DNA of 64,000 nucleotides from Candidatus Eiseniibacteriota bacterium (GCA_963725865.1 CAVSAC010000012.1:128001-192000); one strand, 5' to 3'. Numbered from the stretch's first letter, positions 33,120-46,807 are shown. A program made the numbers and translations. The notes: generated from the letters alone by a model not told the origin.

Positions 33120-35828
33120 ATGCACGACCGCCGCCCGGACCCCGATGCGCTGCTCGAGCGCGTGCGCGCCGAGGACGAGCAGGCGCACCGCGCGCGCCTG
33201 AAGATCTTCCTCGGCGCTTCGGCCGGGGTGGGAAAGACCTACGCGATGCTGGTCGAGGCGCACGAGCGCCGCCGCGCCGGCACCGACGTGGCGATCGGGG
33301 TGGTCGAGACCCACGGCCGTACCGAGACCGGCGCGCTGGTCGAAGGACTCGAGGTGATCCCGCGCCGCACCGGCGAGCACCGCGGTGTGACGCTCACCGA
33401 GTTCGACCTCGACGCCGCGCTCGCGCGCCGGCCGGCGCTGCTGCTGCTCGACGAGCTGGCCCACACCAACGCGCCGGGCTCGCGGCACCGCCGCCGCTGG
33501 CAGGACGTCCAGGAGCTGCTCGACTCCGGCATCGACGTCTACACCACGCTCAACGTGCAGCACGTCGAGACCGTGGTGGACGTGGTCGCCCAGATCACCG
33601 GAATCACCGTGCGCGAGACGGTGCCCGACTCGGTGATCGACCGCGCCGACGAGATCGAGCTCGTCGACCTGCCGCCCGACGACCTGCTCCAGCGCCTGCG
33701 CGAGGGCAAGGTCTACCTCCCGGCCCAGGCCGAGCGGGCGACCGAGCACTTCTTCCGCAAGGGCAACCTGATCGCCCTGCGCGAACTCGCGCTGCGGGTC
33801 ACCGCGCAGCGGGTCGACGCGCAGATGGAGTCCTATCGCCGCGCCGAGGGGATCGGCCGCCCGTGGGCCGTGCACGAGCGCCTGCTGGTGTGCGTCGGCG
33901 ATCCCGACAGCGGCCTGCGGCTGGTGCGCGCCGCGCGCCGGATCGCCGCGGCGCTGAAGTCGGAGTGGATCGTCGTGCACGTCGAGACCCCCGCCGCGCT
34001 GCGCGCGGGGCCGGCGCTGCGCGACCGCATCGTCGACGTGCTCGGCTTCGCCGAGGACCTGGGGGCCGAGACCACGATCCTCTCCGGCCTGCGCGTGGGT
34101 GACGAGCTGCTGGCGTTCGCGCGCCAGCGCAACGTCTCGCGCATCGTGGTCGGGCGCAGCCGCCGGCCGCTGTGGATGGAGTGGCTCACCGGCTCGCTCG
34201 GCACCGCGCTGGCGCGGGCCGGCGGCGGATTCGACGTGTTCGTCCTGCGCGGCGAGGAGGGCGAGGCCGCCCCGCCGGCCCTGCCACCGAGCCCGCAGGA
34301 CTGGCGCGGCTACGCCGGCGCGCTGGTCGTGACCGCGCTCAGCGCGCTGGCGGCCGCACTGATGTACGGCGGCTTCGACCTCTCGAACCTCTCGATGGTG
34401 TTCCTGCTCGGCGTGGTGATCACGGCGGTCGCGTTCGGTCGCGGACCCGCGATGCTGACCGCGCTGCTGAGCGTGGCGGTGTTCGACTTCGCGTTCGTGC
34501 CGCCGCGCTTCACGCTCGCGGTGTCCGACACCCAGTACGTGTTCACGTTCGGCGTGATGCTGGTGGTCGCGGTGGTGATCGGCACGCTCACGGCGCAGCT
34601 CCGCGAGCAGCTCACGGCCGCGCGCCAGCGCGAGCGGCGCACGGCGGTGCTGTTCCAGCTCAGCCACGACCTCTCGACCGCGCGCGATCTCGACGAACGG
34701 CTGGCGATGGCGCTGCGGCGGATCGCGGAGGTGTTCGAGCTGCGCGCGGTGGTGTTCCGGCCGCACCAGGCCGAGCGGGTCGAGGTGGCCGCAGGCGACC
34801 TAGCGGCGATCGGCGACGTCGCGCACGAGCGCGGGGTGGCGCAGTGGACGTTCGACCACGACCAGCCGGCCGGCGCCGGCACCCCGACCCTGCCGGCGGC
34901 GCGCGGACTCTACCTGCCGCTGCCGGGGAGCCAGGGCGTGATGGGCGTGCTCGGCGTCGGCCCCGACGTGCCGCGCAGCCTGCTGGCGCCCGACCGCTTC
35001 CGGCTGCTGAAGACCTTCGCGAACCAGATCGCCTCGGCGATCGAGCGCGACGAACTCGCGCGCCAGGCCGAGCGGGCGCGCGTCGACGTCGAGAGCGAGC
35101 GCATGCGCAACGCGCTGCTCAGCTCGGTCTCGCACGACCTGCGCACGCCGCTGACGGTGATCACCGGGGCGGCCACCAGCCTGCGCGGCAACGCGGAGCT
35201 GCCGGGCCGCGACCGGGCCGAGCTGCTCGACACCATCGTCGACGAGGGCCGCCGTCTCGGCCGCCTGGTCGGCGACCTGCTCGACATGACGCGGCTCGAG
35301 TCCGGCGCGGTGCGCGTGCGCAAGGACTGGCACTCGATCGAGGAGCTGGTGGGCGCCGCACTCGCGCGACTCGACGACGCCTACCGCGAACGCGCGGTGG
35401 ACCTGAGCCTGCCGCCGGGGCTGGCGCTGGTGCCGGTCGACGACGTGCTGTTCGAACAGGCGCTGTTCAACCTGCTCGAGAACGCGGTGAAGTACGCGCC
35501 CGCCGATTCGCCGATCGGGCTGGCGGTGACGCTGGAGCCCGGCCGGCTGCGGATCGAGGTCGCCGATCGCGGGCCGGGCCTGGCGCCGGGCGAGGAGGCG
35601 CGCGTGTTCGAGAAGTTCTACCGCGGCGCGCAGGCGAGCGGGCGCCGCGGCGCCGGACTCGGCCTGACGATCTGCCGCGCCATCGCCGAGGCGCACGGCG
35701 GCAGTGTCCACGCGCGCTCGCGTCCGGGTGGCGGCGCGATCTTCACGCTCGAGGTGCCGGTCGAGGGCGAGGCGCCGGGCATCGAGCGCGAGGCGGGCGA
35801 GGACGCGCCGCGCGAGGTGGCCCCATGA
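33120..35828 (+). CDS. kdpD: Sensor histidine kinase KdpD
   Basis: GVGKTYAML, DELAHTN, Usp domain, four TMs, GAF, SHDLRTPL and an HATPase domain. Confidence 0.97.
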   Translation: MHDRRPDPDALLERVRAEDEQAHRARLKIFLGASAGVGKTYAMLVEAHERRRAGTDVAIGVVETHGRTETGALVEGLEVIPRRTGEHRGVTLTEFDLDAALARRPALLLLDELAHTNAPGSRHRRRWQDVQELLDSGIDVYTTLNVQHVETVVDVVAQITGITVRETVPDSVIDRADEIELVDLPPDDLLQRLREGKVYLPAQAERATEHFFRKGNLIALRELALRVTAQRVDAQMESYRRAEGIGRPWAVHERLLVCVGDPDSGLRLVRAARRIAAALKSEWIVVHVETPAALRAGPALRDRIVDVLGFAEDLGAETTILSGLRVGDELLAFARQRNVSRIVVGRSRRPLWMEWLTGSLGTALARAGGGFDVFVLRGEEGEAAPPALPPSPQDWRGYAGALVVTALSALAAALMYGGFDLSNLSMVFLLGVVITAVAFGRGPAMLTALLSVAVFDFAFVPPRFTLAVSDTQYVFTFGVMLVVAVVIGTLTAQLREQLTAARQRERRTAVLFQLSHDLSTARDLDERLAMALRRIAEVFELRAVVFRPHQAERVEVAAGDLAAIGDVAHERGVAQWTFDHDQPAGAGTPTLPAARGLYLPLPGSQGVMGVLGVGPDVPRSLLAPDRFRLLKTFANQIASAIERDELARQAERARVDVESERMRNALLSSVSHDLRTPLTVITGAATSLRGNAELPGRDRAELLDTIVDEGRRLGRLVGDLLDMTRLESGAVRVRKDWHSIEELVGAALARLDDAYRERAVDLSLPPGLALVPVDDVLFEQALFNLLENAVKYAPADSPIGLAVTLEPGRLRIEVADRGPGLAPGEEARVFEKFYRGAQASGRRGAGLGLTICRAIAEAHGGSVHARSRPGGGAIFTLEVPVEGEAPGIEREAGEDAPREVAP

Positions 35829-36547
35829 CCGATCCCGCCGCCCCCGCGACTCCCGCGCCGCCCACCACCGTGCTGGTGATCGAGGACGAGGCGCCCATCC
35901 GCCGCGTGCTGCGCGCCGCACTCGCCAGCCAGGGCTTCACGCTGGTCGAGTCCGCCACCGGCGCCGACGGCATCGCGCAGGCGGCGATGCGCCAGCCGGA
36001 CCTGATCGTGCTCGACCTCGGGCTGCCGGACGTCGACGGCATCGAGGTCACGCGCCGCGTGCGCGAGTGGTCGGCGGTGCCGATCCTGGTGCTGTCGGCA
36101 CGCGGCCAGGAGGGCGACAAGATCAAGGCACTCGACGCGGGCGCCGACGACTACGTGACCAAGCCGTTCTCGATGGGCGAGCTGCTCGCGCGCATGCGCG
36201 TCGCCCTGCGCCATCGTGCCCGCGCGCAGGCCGGCGGCGAGGTCAGCGTGGTCGAGGCCGGCGACCTGCGCATCGACCACGCGCGCCGGCAGGTCTCGGT
36301 GGCCGGCGCCGACGTGAAGCTGACGCCGATCGAGTACCGGCTGCTGGCGGCGCTCGCGCGCTTTCCCGGCCGCGTGCTCACCCACGAGCACCTGCTGCGC
36401 GAGGTGTGGGGGCCGACGTTCACCTCGCAGCACCACTACCTGCGGGTGTACATGGCGCAGCTGCGACACAAGCTGGAGCGCGACCCGTCGCGCCCGCGGC
36501 GGCTGCTCACCGAGCCCGGCGTCGGCTATCGATTGGCGGAGGAGTAG
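35825..36547 (+). CDS. kdpE: Response regulator KdpE
   Basis: LDLGLPD.DG, GADDYVTKPF, YLRVYMAQLR.KLE and TEPGVGYR motifs. ATGA overlap with kdpD. Confidence 0.96.
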   Translation: MTDPAAPATPAPPTTVLVIEDEAPIRRVLRAALASQGFTLVESATGADGIAQAAMRQPDLIVLDLGLPDVDGIEVTRRVREWSAVPILVLSARGQEGDKIKALDAGADDYVTKPFSMGELLARMRVALRHRARAQAGGEVSVVEAGDLRIDHARRQVSVAGADVKLTPIEYRLLAALARFPGRVLTHEHLLREVWGPTFTSQHHYLRVYMAQLRHKLERDPSRPRRLLTEPGVGYRLAEE

Positions 36548-36629
36548 GCGCGCGGGCGGGCGGGAGGCGCCCGGCGCGGCGTCGCGGTAGGATGCGCGCC
36601 GACCCGTCTCACCGCTTCCGGAGGAAACC

Positions 36630-37211
36630 ATGAAGGGATTCGCGATCGCCACGCTGGCGGTGCTCGCGCTGGGCGCCGCTCCCACCCCGAGTGACACGCC
36701 CGAGGTCGCGCAGGCGCGCGCGACCGCGCAATACGTGCTGGTGGCCACCCACGCGCGGCTCGCGGGGGCGATGGCCGACCAGGGGCCGCTGGGCGCCCTG
36801 CAGGCGTGCGGCGCGGTGACGCAGGAGGAAGCGCGCAAGCACGAGCAGGCCGGCTGGCGCGTGCGGCGCGTGAGCCTGCGCTGGCGCAACCCGGCCGACG
36901 CCCCGGACGCCTACGAGGCGCAGGTGCTCAAGGCGTTCGAGCGCATGCGGCGCCAGGGCACGCTGCGGCCCGAGACCGAGCACGTCGGGGTCGCGCTGCT
37001 CGACGGGAAGCCGGTGGTGCGCTACCTGAAGCCGATCACGATCCTGGGTGCCCAGTGCCTGCAATGCCACGGCTCGCGCACCTCGATCCCGGCCGACGTG
37101 CAGGCGGCGCTCCGCACCGCGTACCCGAAGGACGGCGCGACCGGCTACCGCGTCGGCGACCTGCGCGGCGCGGTCAGCGTGGCGGTGCCGATCGAGCATC
37201 CGCAGGAATAG
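36630..37211 (+). CDS. DUF3365 (Tll0287-like) c-type heme protein
   Basis: Signal peptide, RVSL..RNP..APD..E, CLQCH and YP.D.ATGY..GDLRG motifs. Confidence 0.88.
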   Translation: MKGFAIATLAVLALGAAPTPSDTPEVAQARATAQYVLVATHARLAGAMADQGPLGALQACGAVTQEEARKHEQAGWRVRRVSLRWRNPADAPDAYEAQVLKAFERMRRQGTLRPETEHVGVALLDGKPVVRYLKPITILGAQCLQCHGSRTSIPADVQAALRTAYPKDGATGYRVGDLRGAVSVAVPIEHPQE

Positions 37212-37214
37212 CGG

Positions 37215-37258
37215 CACGCGAAAGCGGGCGCCGCATCCTCGCGACGCCCGCTTGCGTG
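37215..37258. terminator. Bidirectional terminator-like hairpin
   Basis: AAGCGGGCG/CGCCCGCTT stem between convergent genes, with tails TTGCGT (+) and TTTCGCGT (-). Confidence 0.6.
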
Positions 37259-37280
37259 GTTCGTCCGGTGCGTGCCGGGC

Positions 37281-37472
37281 TCAGGAGTTCTTCAGCCCCG
37301 CGCGCTTGAGGATGGCCATCATCGGGCACGACTTCGTGAACGCGCTCTGGAGCAGGTTCGCTCCCACGAACGCGGTGAAAGCGAAGAACCACGGGTTGAC
37401 CCAGTAGCCCAGGGCCACCGAGATCAGGACGAAAGCGCCTGCGACTCCGCGCAGCGCGTCGTTCACGGTCAT
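37281..37472 (-). CDS. DUF2892 (YgaP-like) membrane protein
   Basis: FVGANLLQSAFT..CPM..IL motif with GGAGGAG RBS. Confidence 0.9.
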   Translation of the reverse strand: MTVNDALRGVAGAFVLISVALGYWVNPWFFAFTAFVGANLLQSAFTKSCPMMAILKRAGLKNS

Positions 37473-37502
37473 GTCCACTCCTCCTGCCCCAGCGGCGTGC
37501 GC

Positions 37503-37786
37503 TCAGGCCGATCGTTCGACCGGCAGCAGGAACAGCCGCGATATGAGGTCACCGTGCGCGTCGCGTCGCTTCGTCATCTCCTCGAAGATCCGCTCCGCGC
37601 TGGCGTCCTCGTCGATCACCATCACCATGGCCAGCGCACCCGGGTGGATGCGGTCGGCCTTGTGGATACCGGTCCGGCCGCGGCCCTCCGCCACCGGGAT
37701 CACCGTGTAGCCCGGCGCCCCCACAGTCGCGAGGTCCTTGCGCACCGAGTCGATGCGCGTCGCGTCCGCCATCATCATCAACATCT

Positions 37787-37790
<4 letters not shown>
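37503..37790 (-). CDS. PII-like protein
   Basis: MKML.., GYTV....GRGRTG and FLLPVE, consistent with the PII fold. Overlaps the RND stop. Confidence 0.75.
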
Positions 37791-41040
<3,250 letters not shown>

Positions 41041-41044
<4 letters not shown>

Positions 41045-42126
41045 GAGGCCACCTTCACCGGGCGGCCATCCGCGAGCCCGGTGGGCTCGAGGATCACCGC
41101 TTCGCGCCCGTCGAGGCCGGCCAGCACCTCGATCGCGCCCGCGCTCTCGCGACCGACGCGCAGCCACCGCAGGCGCGCCACGCCGTCCTCGACGACGTAC
41201 ACGCCGGTGAGACCGCCGCGCCGCACGAGGGCGCGGGAGGGGACGGTGAGGGGGCGAGGTGTGGAATCGGAGCCCCTCCCGGCCGCGTGCGGAAGGGCGG
41301 CCAGCCGCACGCGGGCGAACGCGCCGGCCTCCAGCGCAATGCGGGCGCCGGGGCGGAAGCGCGCGATCCGGCTGCGGGTCGCGAAGTCGGTCATGCCGTC
41401 GACCCGCGAGAGCGTCGCGGGTTGCCACGCGCCGTCGCCCACCTGCACCTCGGCGCGCGGGTTCGCGAGACGGCCCAGCTCGGACTCCGGCACCGCGGCG
41501 GCGATCTCGCCGACGCCGAGCGAGCGCAGGTCGAGCACCGGCTGGCCGGGACCCACGGTGGTGCCCACGTCGGCGTGGCGGCGCACGATCACGCCGTCGA
41601 ACGGCGCCTCGAGCGTCACTCCGCTCTGCATCTGGTCGACCTGCGCGCGCGCCTGCGCCCAACCCGCCTCGGCGGCGCGGCGCTCGGCCTGCGCACCCTC
41701 CAGCTCGCGCAGCGCGGCGACCCGCGCGGCATACAGCGAGTCCATGCGCTGTTCCTGCCGGCGCGCGAGGTCGCGGGCGACGGTGGCGGCGGCGAGCCCC
41801 GCGCGCGCGCCCTCGAGCGCCGCGCGCGTCTCGGGCGCGTCGAACGTGGCGAGCGTCTGCCCGCTGCGGAAGTGATCGCCCTCGCGCAGCGGCAGCGCGG
41901 TCAGGCGCGCCGCCAGGCGTGCGGTCAGCGTGATCTCCTCGCGCGCGGTCACCCGCGCCGGCAGCACCAGGGTCTCGCCCGCGCCGGCGCTGGCACGCAT
42001 CACGGTGACGGTGACGGCCGGGCCGGTGGCGGGCGCGGCGGACTCGCGGCCCGAGTGGCCGCAGCCGGCGGCGAGCCCGGCGAGCAGCGCGATCGCCGCG
42101 GCGCGGGGGAATGGATTCGTCGTCAT
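41041..42126 (-). CDS. RND periplasmic adaptor lipoprotein
   Basis: Lipobox LAAGC, REGD.F..GQ.L, APFDG and EVLAGL motifs. Confidence 0.9.
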
Positions 42127-43476
42127 CGCAGGTCTCCCTGGGCGTGGAGGAGTCGGTAGTGCGCGAGCACCACCGCGGTCGAGGCTTCGATCTCCGCGGC
42201 GCGGGCACCCGCGGCCTCGGCATCGGCGGCGAGCAGTTCGGTGAGCGGGAGGAGGCCGGCGCGGTAGCGCAGTCCGGCGAGCCGCAGCGCCTCTTCGGCG
42301 GCGGCACGCCCGGCGCGCGCGGCGTCGCGGCTCTCGCGCGTGACCGCGTCCTCGGCGCGCGCGGCGGCGAGCCCCACGGCGAGGTCGCGCTCGAGCGCCT
42401 GCGCTTGCGCGCGTGGCCGCGGTGGCGCGGGCGCGGGCCGCGCGCCACTCGTTGACGCGCTGGGCGCCGTCGAAGATCGGCAGCTCGGCCGCCAGCGCCA
42501 CCATCCAGCGGCGCTCGAACGTGCCGGTGTCCCACGGGCGGTACTGCGTGAGCGCGAAGCGCGAGTTGAGCGAGGGCAGCAGCCGCAGCGCCGCGGTGCG
42601 CGACTCGGTGGCGAGCGCCGCGGCGCCCTCGCGCGCGGCCGCCAGCTCGCCGCGCGCGGTCGTGGCGCGGTCCGGCGCCGCGTCGAGCGCCTCGGGCGCC
42701 ACCAGCTCGTCGGGTGTGATCGACTCCTGCACCAGCCGCCCGACCCGATCGATCGCGACCGCGAGTCCGCGCCGCGCGCCGAGGGATCGCACCCGCGCCT
42801 GCTGCTGGCGCGCCGCGGCCCGCAGGGTGTCGAGCTCCGAGACCTGGCCCATGCGGAAGCGCTCGCTGGCGGCCGCGCGCATCGCGTCGGCGGCGCCGAG
42901 CGCGAGCTCGGCGGACCGCAGCTCCTCGCGCGCGCGCACCGCGCCCACGAACGCCTCCACCGCGCCCAGCAGCCGGTCCGCGACCGCCGCCTGCTCCATG
43001 CCGGTCGCGGCGCGCCGGTAGCGGCCGGCGAGCCCGGGCACCGTCAGCTCGCGGCCGCCGTTCCACAGCGGCTGGTCCACCGCGAGCCCCCACTGCAGCG
43101 CGCTCTGGGGCGCGGGCTGGTTGAGGCGGTCGACCGCGAAGTCGGCGGGCGTGAAGCGGCCCTGCCAGAGCTTCTGGGAGAACAGCAGCGCGGGGTCGTC
43201 GCTGCGGGTGAACCCGCTCGAGACCGAGACGTGGGGCGCCAGCATCGCCCAGGTCTGGGCGGCCTGCGCGCGCCCGGCGTCCCCGGTGGCCTGCGCCGCC
43301 CGCACGCCGGGGTCGCGCTCGCGCACCACCGCCAGCGTGTGTTCGAGGGTCCATTCCGCGGCCCGTGCGGCGGCCGGCGGGGTGCAGAGCACCGCCGCGG
43401 CCAGGGCGGCGGCCTGTGCTAGAGTGGCTGCCGCACGCGCGGCGGGCGGGTGGCGCCTCTGGGGTCGTAGGGTCAT
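42123..43476 (-). CDS. TolC family outer-membrane protein, +1 frameshift near 42413
   Basis: QPLWNGG, RF..G.VSELD.L, LPIFDG and RYRAGL..L.ELL motifs. Removing one base joins the two frames. Confidence 0.88.
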
Positions 43477-43525
43477 GTCGCCGGGTAGGAAGCCGGTCCG
43501 GTCGGAAAGGATTCGACGTCCGAGC

Positions 43526-44467
43526 ATGGAGCGGATCGAACAGGTCAGGCGCCTCGCGCAGCGGGCACCGCGGCGGGAGGGTGGCTCGACGCGCGCCGAG
43601 GAGCGCGCGCTGGTGCGGGCCGCGCGCTCCGGCGACTCGCGTGCGATGACCCGGCTTCTGCGGCTGGTGGCCGACCCCGCGCTGCGCTTCGGCCGCGGGT
43701 TCTGCCGTGACGACCACGACGCGCAGGACGTCATGCAGGACGTCCTCACCTCGCTGGTGCGCAGCCTCGCGAAGTTCCGCGGCGAGTCGGCACTCACCAC
43801 CTGGGCTTACACCGTCGCCCGCCATGCCTGCCTCCGCCGGCGCCGGCGCCGTGCCGGGGCGCCCGAGACGCTGGCGTCGCTCGACGACGTCGGCTCCGAC
43901 GGCGCGCGCGGCGCGCGCGCGCTCGCCGATCGCGACGCCGATCCGGCGCGCCGCTTCGAGCGCCGTCAGATGAGCGAGCTGCTCGAGCGCGCGATCGGCT
44001 CGCTGCCCAAGGCGCAGCAGGAGGTGCTGATCCTGCGCGACGTCGAGGGCCTGCGGGCCGGCGAGGTGGGGCGCATCCTCGGACTCTCCGAGCGCGCCGT
44101 GAAGTCGCGCCTGCATCGCGCGCGCATCGCGCTGCGCGAGGCGCTCGCACCGCTGCTGGGACGGACGGCCGAGGGCGGCGCGCGCGCGGAAGCCGCTCGG
44201 CTGGGGCGCGGGCGTTCGTGCCCCGACACCGCGCGGCTGATCAGCCAGTACCTCGAGGGCGAGCTGAGCGGCTCGGTCTGCGCCACGCTCTCGAAGCACG
44301 TCGCCGCCTGCCCGCACTGCGGCGAGGTGTGCGACACGCTGCGCGGCGCGCTGACCGTGTGCCGCGACTACGGCGAGCGGCCGCTGCCCGCCGCGGTGCG
44401 CACCCAGGTGCGGACGGCGATCCGCGACGCGGTGCAGGTGTGGCCCGGCGTGGCGGGCGGCGGGTAG
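43526..44467 (+). CDS. ECF sigma factor with fused C-terminal zf-HC2/ZAS-like Cys-rich domain
   Basis: DAQDVMQD, FRGES.LTTW, LRDVEGL and VKSRLHRAR motifs, then C..LI..YLEGEL....C....HVAACPHC. Confidence 0.9.
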   Translation: MERIEQVRRLAQRAPRREGGSTRAEERALVRAARSGDSRAMTRLLRLVADPALRFGRGFCRDDHDAQDVMQDVLTSLVRSLAKFRGESALTTWAYTVARHACLRRRRRRAGAPETLASLDDVGSDGARGARALADRDADPARRFERRQMSELLERAIGSLPKAQQEVLILRDVEGLRAGEVGRILGLSERAVKSRLHRARIALREALAPLLGRTAEGGARAEAARLGRGRSCPDTARLISQYLEGELSGSVCATLSKHVAACPHCGEVCDTLRGALTVCRDYGERPLPAAVRTQVRTAIRDAVQVWPGVAGGG

Positions 44468-44529
44468 CGCGACACGCGCCCGCTTCATCCGCGGGCGCCG
44501 GCATCGATCGGACGCGACAGGAGGGGAGC

Positions 44530-44898
44530 ATGGACGCAGCGCAGTACCGTGACGCGAGCGGACGCCGGCGCTTCCTCACCATGATCGGGATGGCGGGGCT
44601 CGCCTCCTCGCTCGGGATCGGCCGTGCGCTCGCGCAGGGCGCAGCACCCGTGCCGACTCCACCCACGCCGGCCGCACCCGCGACACCGGCCGCGCCCGCG
44701 ACGCCCGCCGCGCCCGAGATCTCGGAGGACGCCAAGGCGCTCGCGGCGATCGTCGAGCGCCGCTATGGCGCGCACCTCGCCGAGGGCGACCTCAAGGAGA
44801 TCACCGAGGAACTCGAGTTCCGGATCCAGAACGGCAAGCGACTGCGCGGCGCGGCGCTCACCAACGCCGACGAGCCCGACGCCACCTTCCACCCCTGA
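44530..44898 (+). CDS. Tat-signal small protein, AtzG/GatC-like amidase partner
   Basis: GRRRFL twin-arginine signal, ALA cleavage site, (TPAAPA)n linker and C-terminal LTNADEPDATFHP. Confidence 0.7.
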   Translation: MDAAQYRDASGRRRFLTMIGMAGLASSLGIGRALAQGAAPVPTPPTPAAPATPAAPATPAAPEISEDAKALAAIVERRYGAHLAEGDLKEITEELEFRIQNGKRLRGAALTNADEPDATFHP

Positions 44899-44905
44899 GG
44901 ACGCC

Positions 44906-46309
44906 ATGCCCGACGATCTCTCGTTCCTGAGCGTCCGCGAGCTGGGCACGCGCCTGCGCGCGCGCACGCTGTCGCCGGTGGCGCTGGCCGAGCACTGCCT
45001 CGAGCGGCTCGACCGGCTCGGCCCCAAGTACCACGCGGTGGTGACCGTGATGCGCGAGAGCGGCCTGCGCGACGCGCGCGCCGCCGAGGCCGAGATCAAG
45101 GCCGGCCATCACCGCGGCCCGCTGCACGGCGTGCCGTACGGCGTGAAGGACCTGCTCGCCACCAAGGAGGCGCCCACCACCTGGGGCGCCGCGCCGTATC
45201 GCAACCAGCAGTTCGACCACGACGCCACCGTGATCGAGCGGCTGCGCGCGGCCGGCGCGGTGCTGATCGCGAAGCTCGCGATGGTCGAGCTGGCGGGCGG
45301 CATGGGCTACGACCACGCCGACGCGTCGTTCACCGGACCCGGGCTGACGCCGTGGAACCTCGCGTTCTGGAGCGGCGGCTCCTCGAGCGGTCCGGCCGCC
45401 GCGGTCGCCGCCGGCCTGGTGCCGTTCGCGATCGGCTCCGAGACCTCGGGCTCGATCCTGACGCCGGCCGCGTTCTGCGGCGTGACCGGGCTGCGCCCCA
45501 CCTACGGCCGCGTCAGCCGCCACGGCGCGATGGCGCTGTGCTGGACGCTCGACAAGCTGGGGCCGATGGCGCGCAGCGCCGACGACGCGGCGCTGGTGCT
45601 GGCCGCGATCGCCGGGCGCGATCCCAAGGACGAGAGCTCGCTCGACGCGCCGTTCACGTGGAGCGCGCCCGCCGCGCCCAAGCGCGCGCGCCTCGCGGTG
45701 CCCAAGGGCTGCGTGGAGAAGGTGCAGCCGGCGGTGCGCGAGAACTTCGAGCACGCGCTGGAGACGCTCCATGATGTCGCCGACATCACGCGCGACGTCG
45801 AGTGGCCCGACTTCCCGTGGGGCCCGTCGGTCAACGCGATCGTCGGCGCCGAGGGCGCCGCGGCGTTCATCGACCTGATCGAGAGCGGCAAGCTGAAAGA
45901 GCTGCAGTGCCCCGCCGACCGCCGCGGCGGCTACGCCGCGACGCTCATCCCCGCGGTCGACTACCTGCAGGCGATGCGCCTGCGCCGCCCGATGAAGCGC
46001 GCGGTGAGCGCGCTGTTCGAGCGCTTCGACGCCGTGGTCTCGCCCGGGCGCGCGACCGTCTCGTACCCGGCCGACAAGGGCTTCGGCGAGGTCTACGCCG
46101 GCATCAGCGGCGGCCCGCCATTGATCCCCGCCGGCAACCTGTGCGGACTGCCCGCGATCTCGATTCCCGACGGCTTCGGCGAGAACGGCCTGCCCACCTC
46201 GATGGCGTTCATGGGCCCCGCGCTGAGCGAGGGTCGGCTCGCGGGCCTGGCGCACCACGTGCAGCAGAAGACCGATTGGCATCGGCGTCGTCCGCCGGAA
46301 ACCGATTGA
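44906..46309 (+). CDS. Amidase signature family enzyme (GatA/AtzE-like)
   Basis: GPLHGVPYGVKD, GGSSSG, GSETSGSI..PA and GLRPTYGRVSR motifs. No signal peptide. Confidence 0.92.
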   Translation: MPDDLSFLSVRELGTRLRARTLSPVALAEHCLERLDRLGPKYHAVVTVMRESGLRDARAAEAEIKAGHHRGPLHGVPYGVKDLLATKEAPTTWGAAPYRNQQFDHDATVIERLRAAGAVLIAKLAMVELAGGMGYDHADASFTGPGLTPWNLAFWSGGSSSGPAAAVAAGLVPFAIGSETSGSILTPAAFCGVTGLRPTYGRVSRHGAMALCWTLDKLGPMARSADDAALVLAAIAGRDPKDESSLDAPFTWSAPAAPKRARLAVPKGCVEKVQPAVRENFEHALETLHDVADITRDVEWPDFPWGPSVNAIVGAEGAAAFIDLIESGKLKELQCPADRRGGYAATLIPAVDYLQAMRLRRPMKRAVSALFERFDAVVSPGRATVSYPADKGFGEVYAGISGGPPLIPAGNLCGLPAISIPDGFGENGLPTSMAFMGPALSEGRLAGLAHHVQQKTDWHRRRPPETD

Positions 46310-46374
46310 CCCCGAATCCCACGGTCGCGAGCCGCGCGACCGGATGTGAACTCTCACAGGGAGGAATAGCTCAG

Positions 46375-46740
46375 ATGAGAAGAATGATCCCGATGATGTT
46401 GCTGGTCGCGTTCGCCACCGCGATGACGTTCGGTTGCAGTGGGGACGTGGTCAAGCAGGCGATGGCGACGCCCGAGCTGCAGGGCAAGGTGATGGACATG
46501 ATCGGCGGCAACCCGGACATGGCCGGCCAGATGGTGGACAAGCTCATGGCCGGCGACAGCAAGACCATGATCATGGACAAGCTGATGGCCAACGCCGACG
46601 CCGCTCAGGCCCTGGTCGGCAAGATCGCAGCGAACCCCGAGATGGTCGACAAGGTGCTCACGATGGCCGTGCAGGATCCGGCGATGAAGGATCGCATCAT
46701 GGCGTTCGTGAAGGGACTGGGCGCCGCCGCGAAGAAGTAG
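46375..46740 (+). CDS. Met-rich helical-repeat lipoprotein
   Basis: GGAGG RBS, lipobox TFGC and 18 Met in 121 aa. Confidence 0.8.
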   Translation: MRRMIPMMLLVAFATAMTFGCSGDVVKQAMATPELQGKVMDMIGGNPDMAGQMVDKLMAGDSKTMIMDKLMANADAAQALVGKIAANPEMVDKVLTMAVQDPAMKDRIMAFVKGLGAAAKK

Positions 46741-46769
46741 GAGCTCGAGAGACGCAGAGACGACAGACG

Positions 46770-46807
46770 ACGGGGCGGGGTCCGTGAGGATCTCGCCCTG
46801 TTTGCGT
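46770..46807 (+). terminator. Intrinsic terminator-like hairpin
   Basis: ACGGGGCGGGGTCC-GTGA-GGATCTCGCCCTGT stem with G-U pairs and a GNRA loop, tail TTTGCGT. Confidence 0.7.

Noticed and set aside
44660..44715. 18-nt tandem repeat
   Set aside because: It encodes the TPAAPA linker of the Tat protein and is not an independent element.
44906..46309. Calling the amidase gatA
   Set aside because: No gatB nearby, the GatA-specific DTGGSIRQPA is absent, and the partner carries an export signal.
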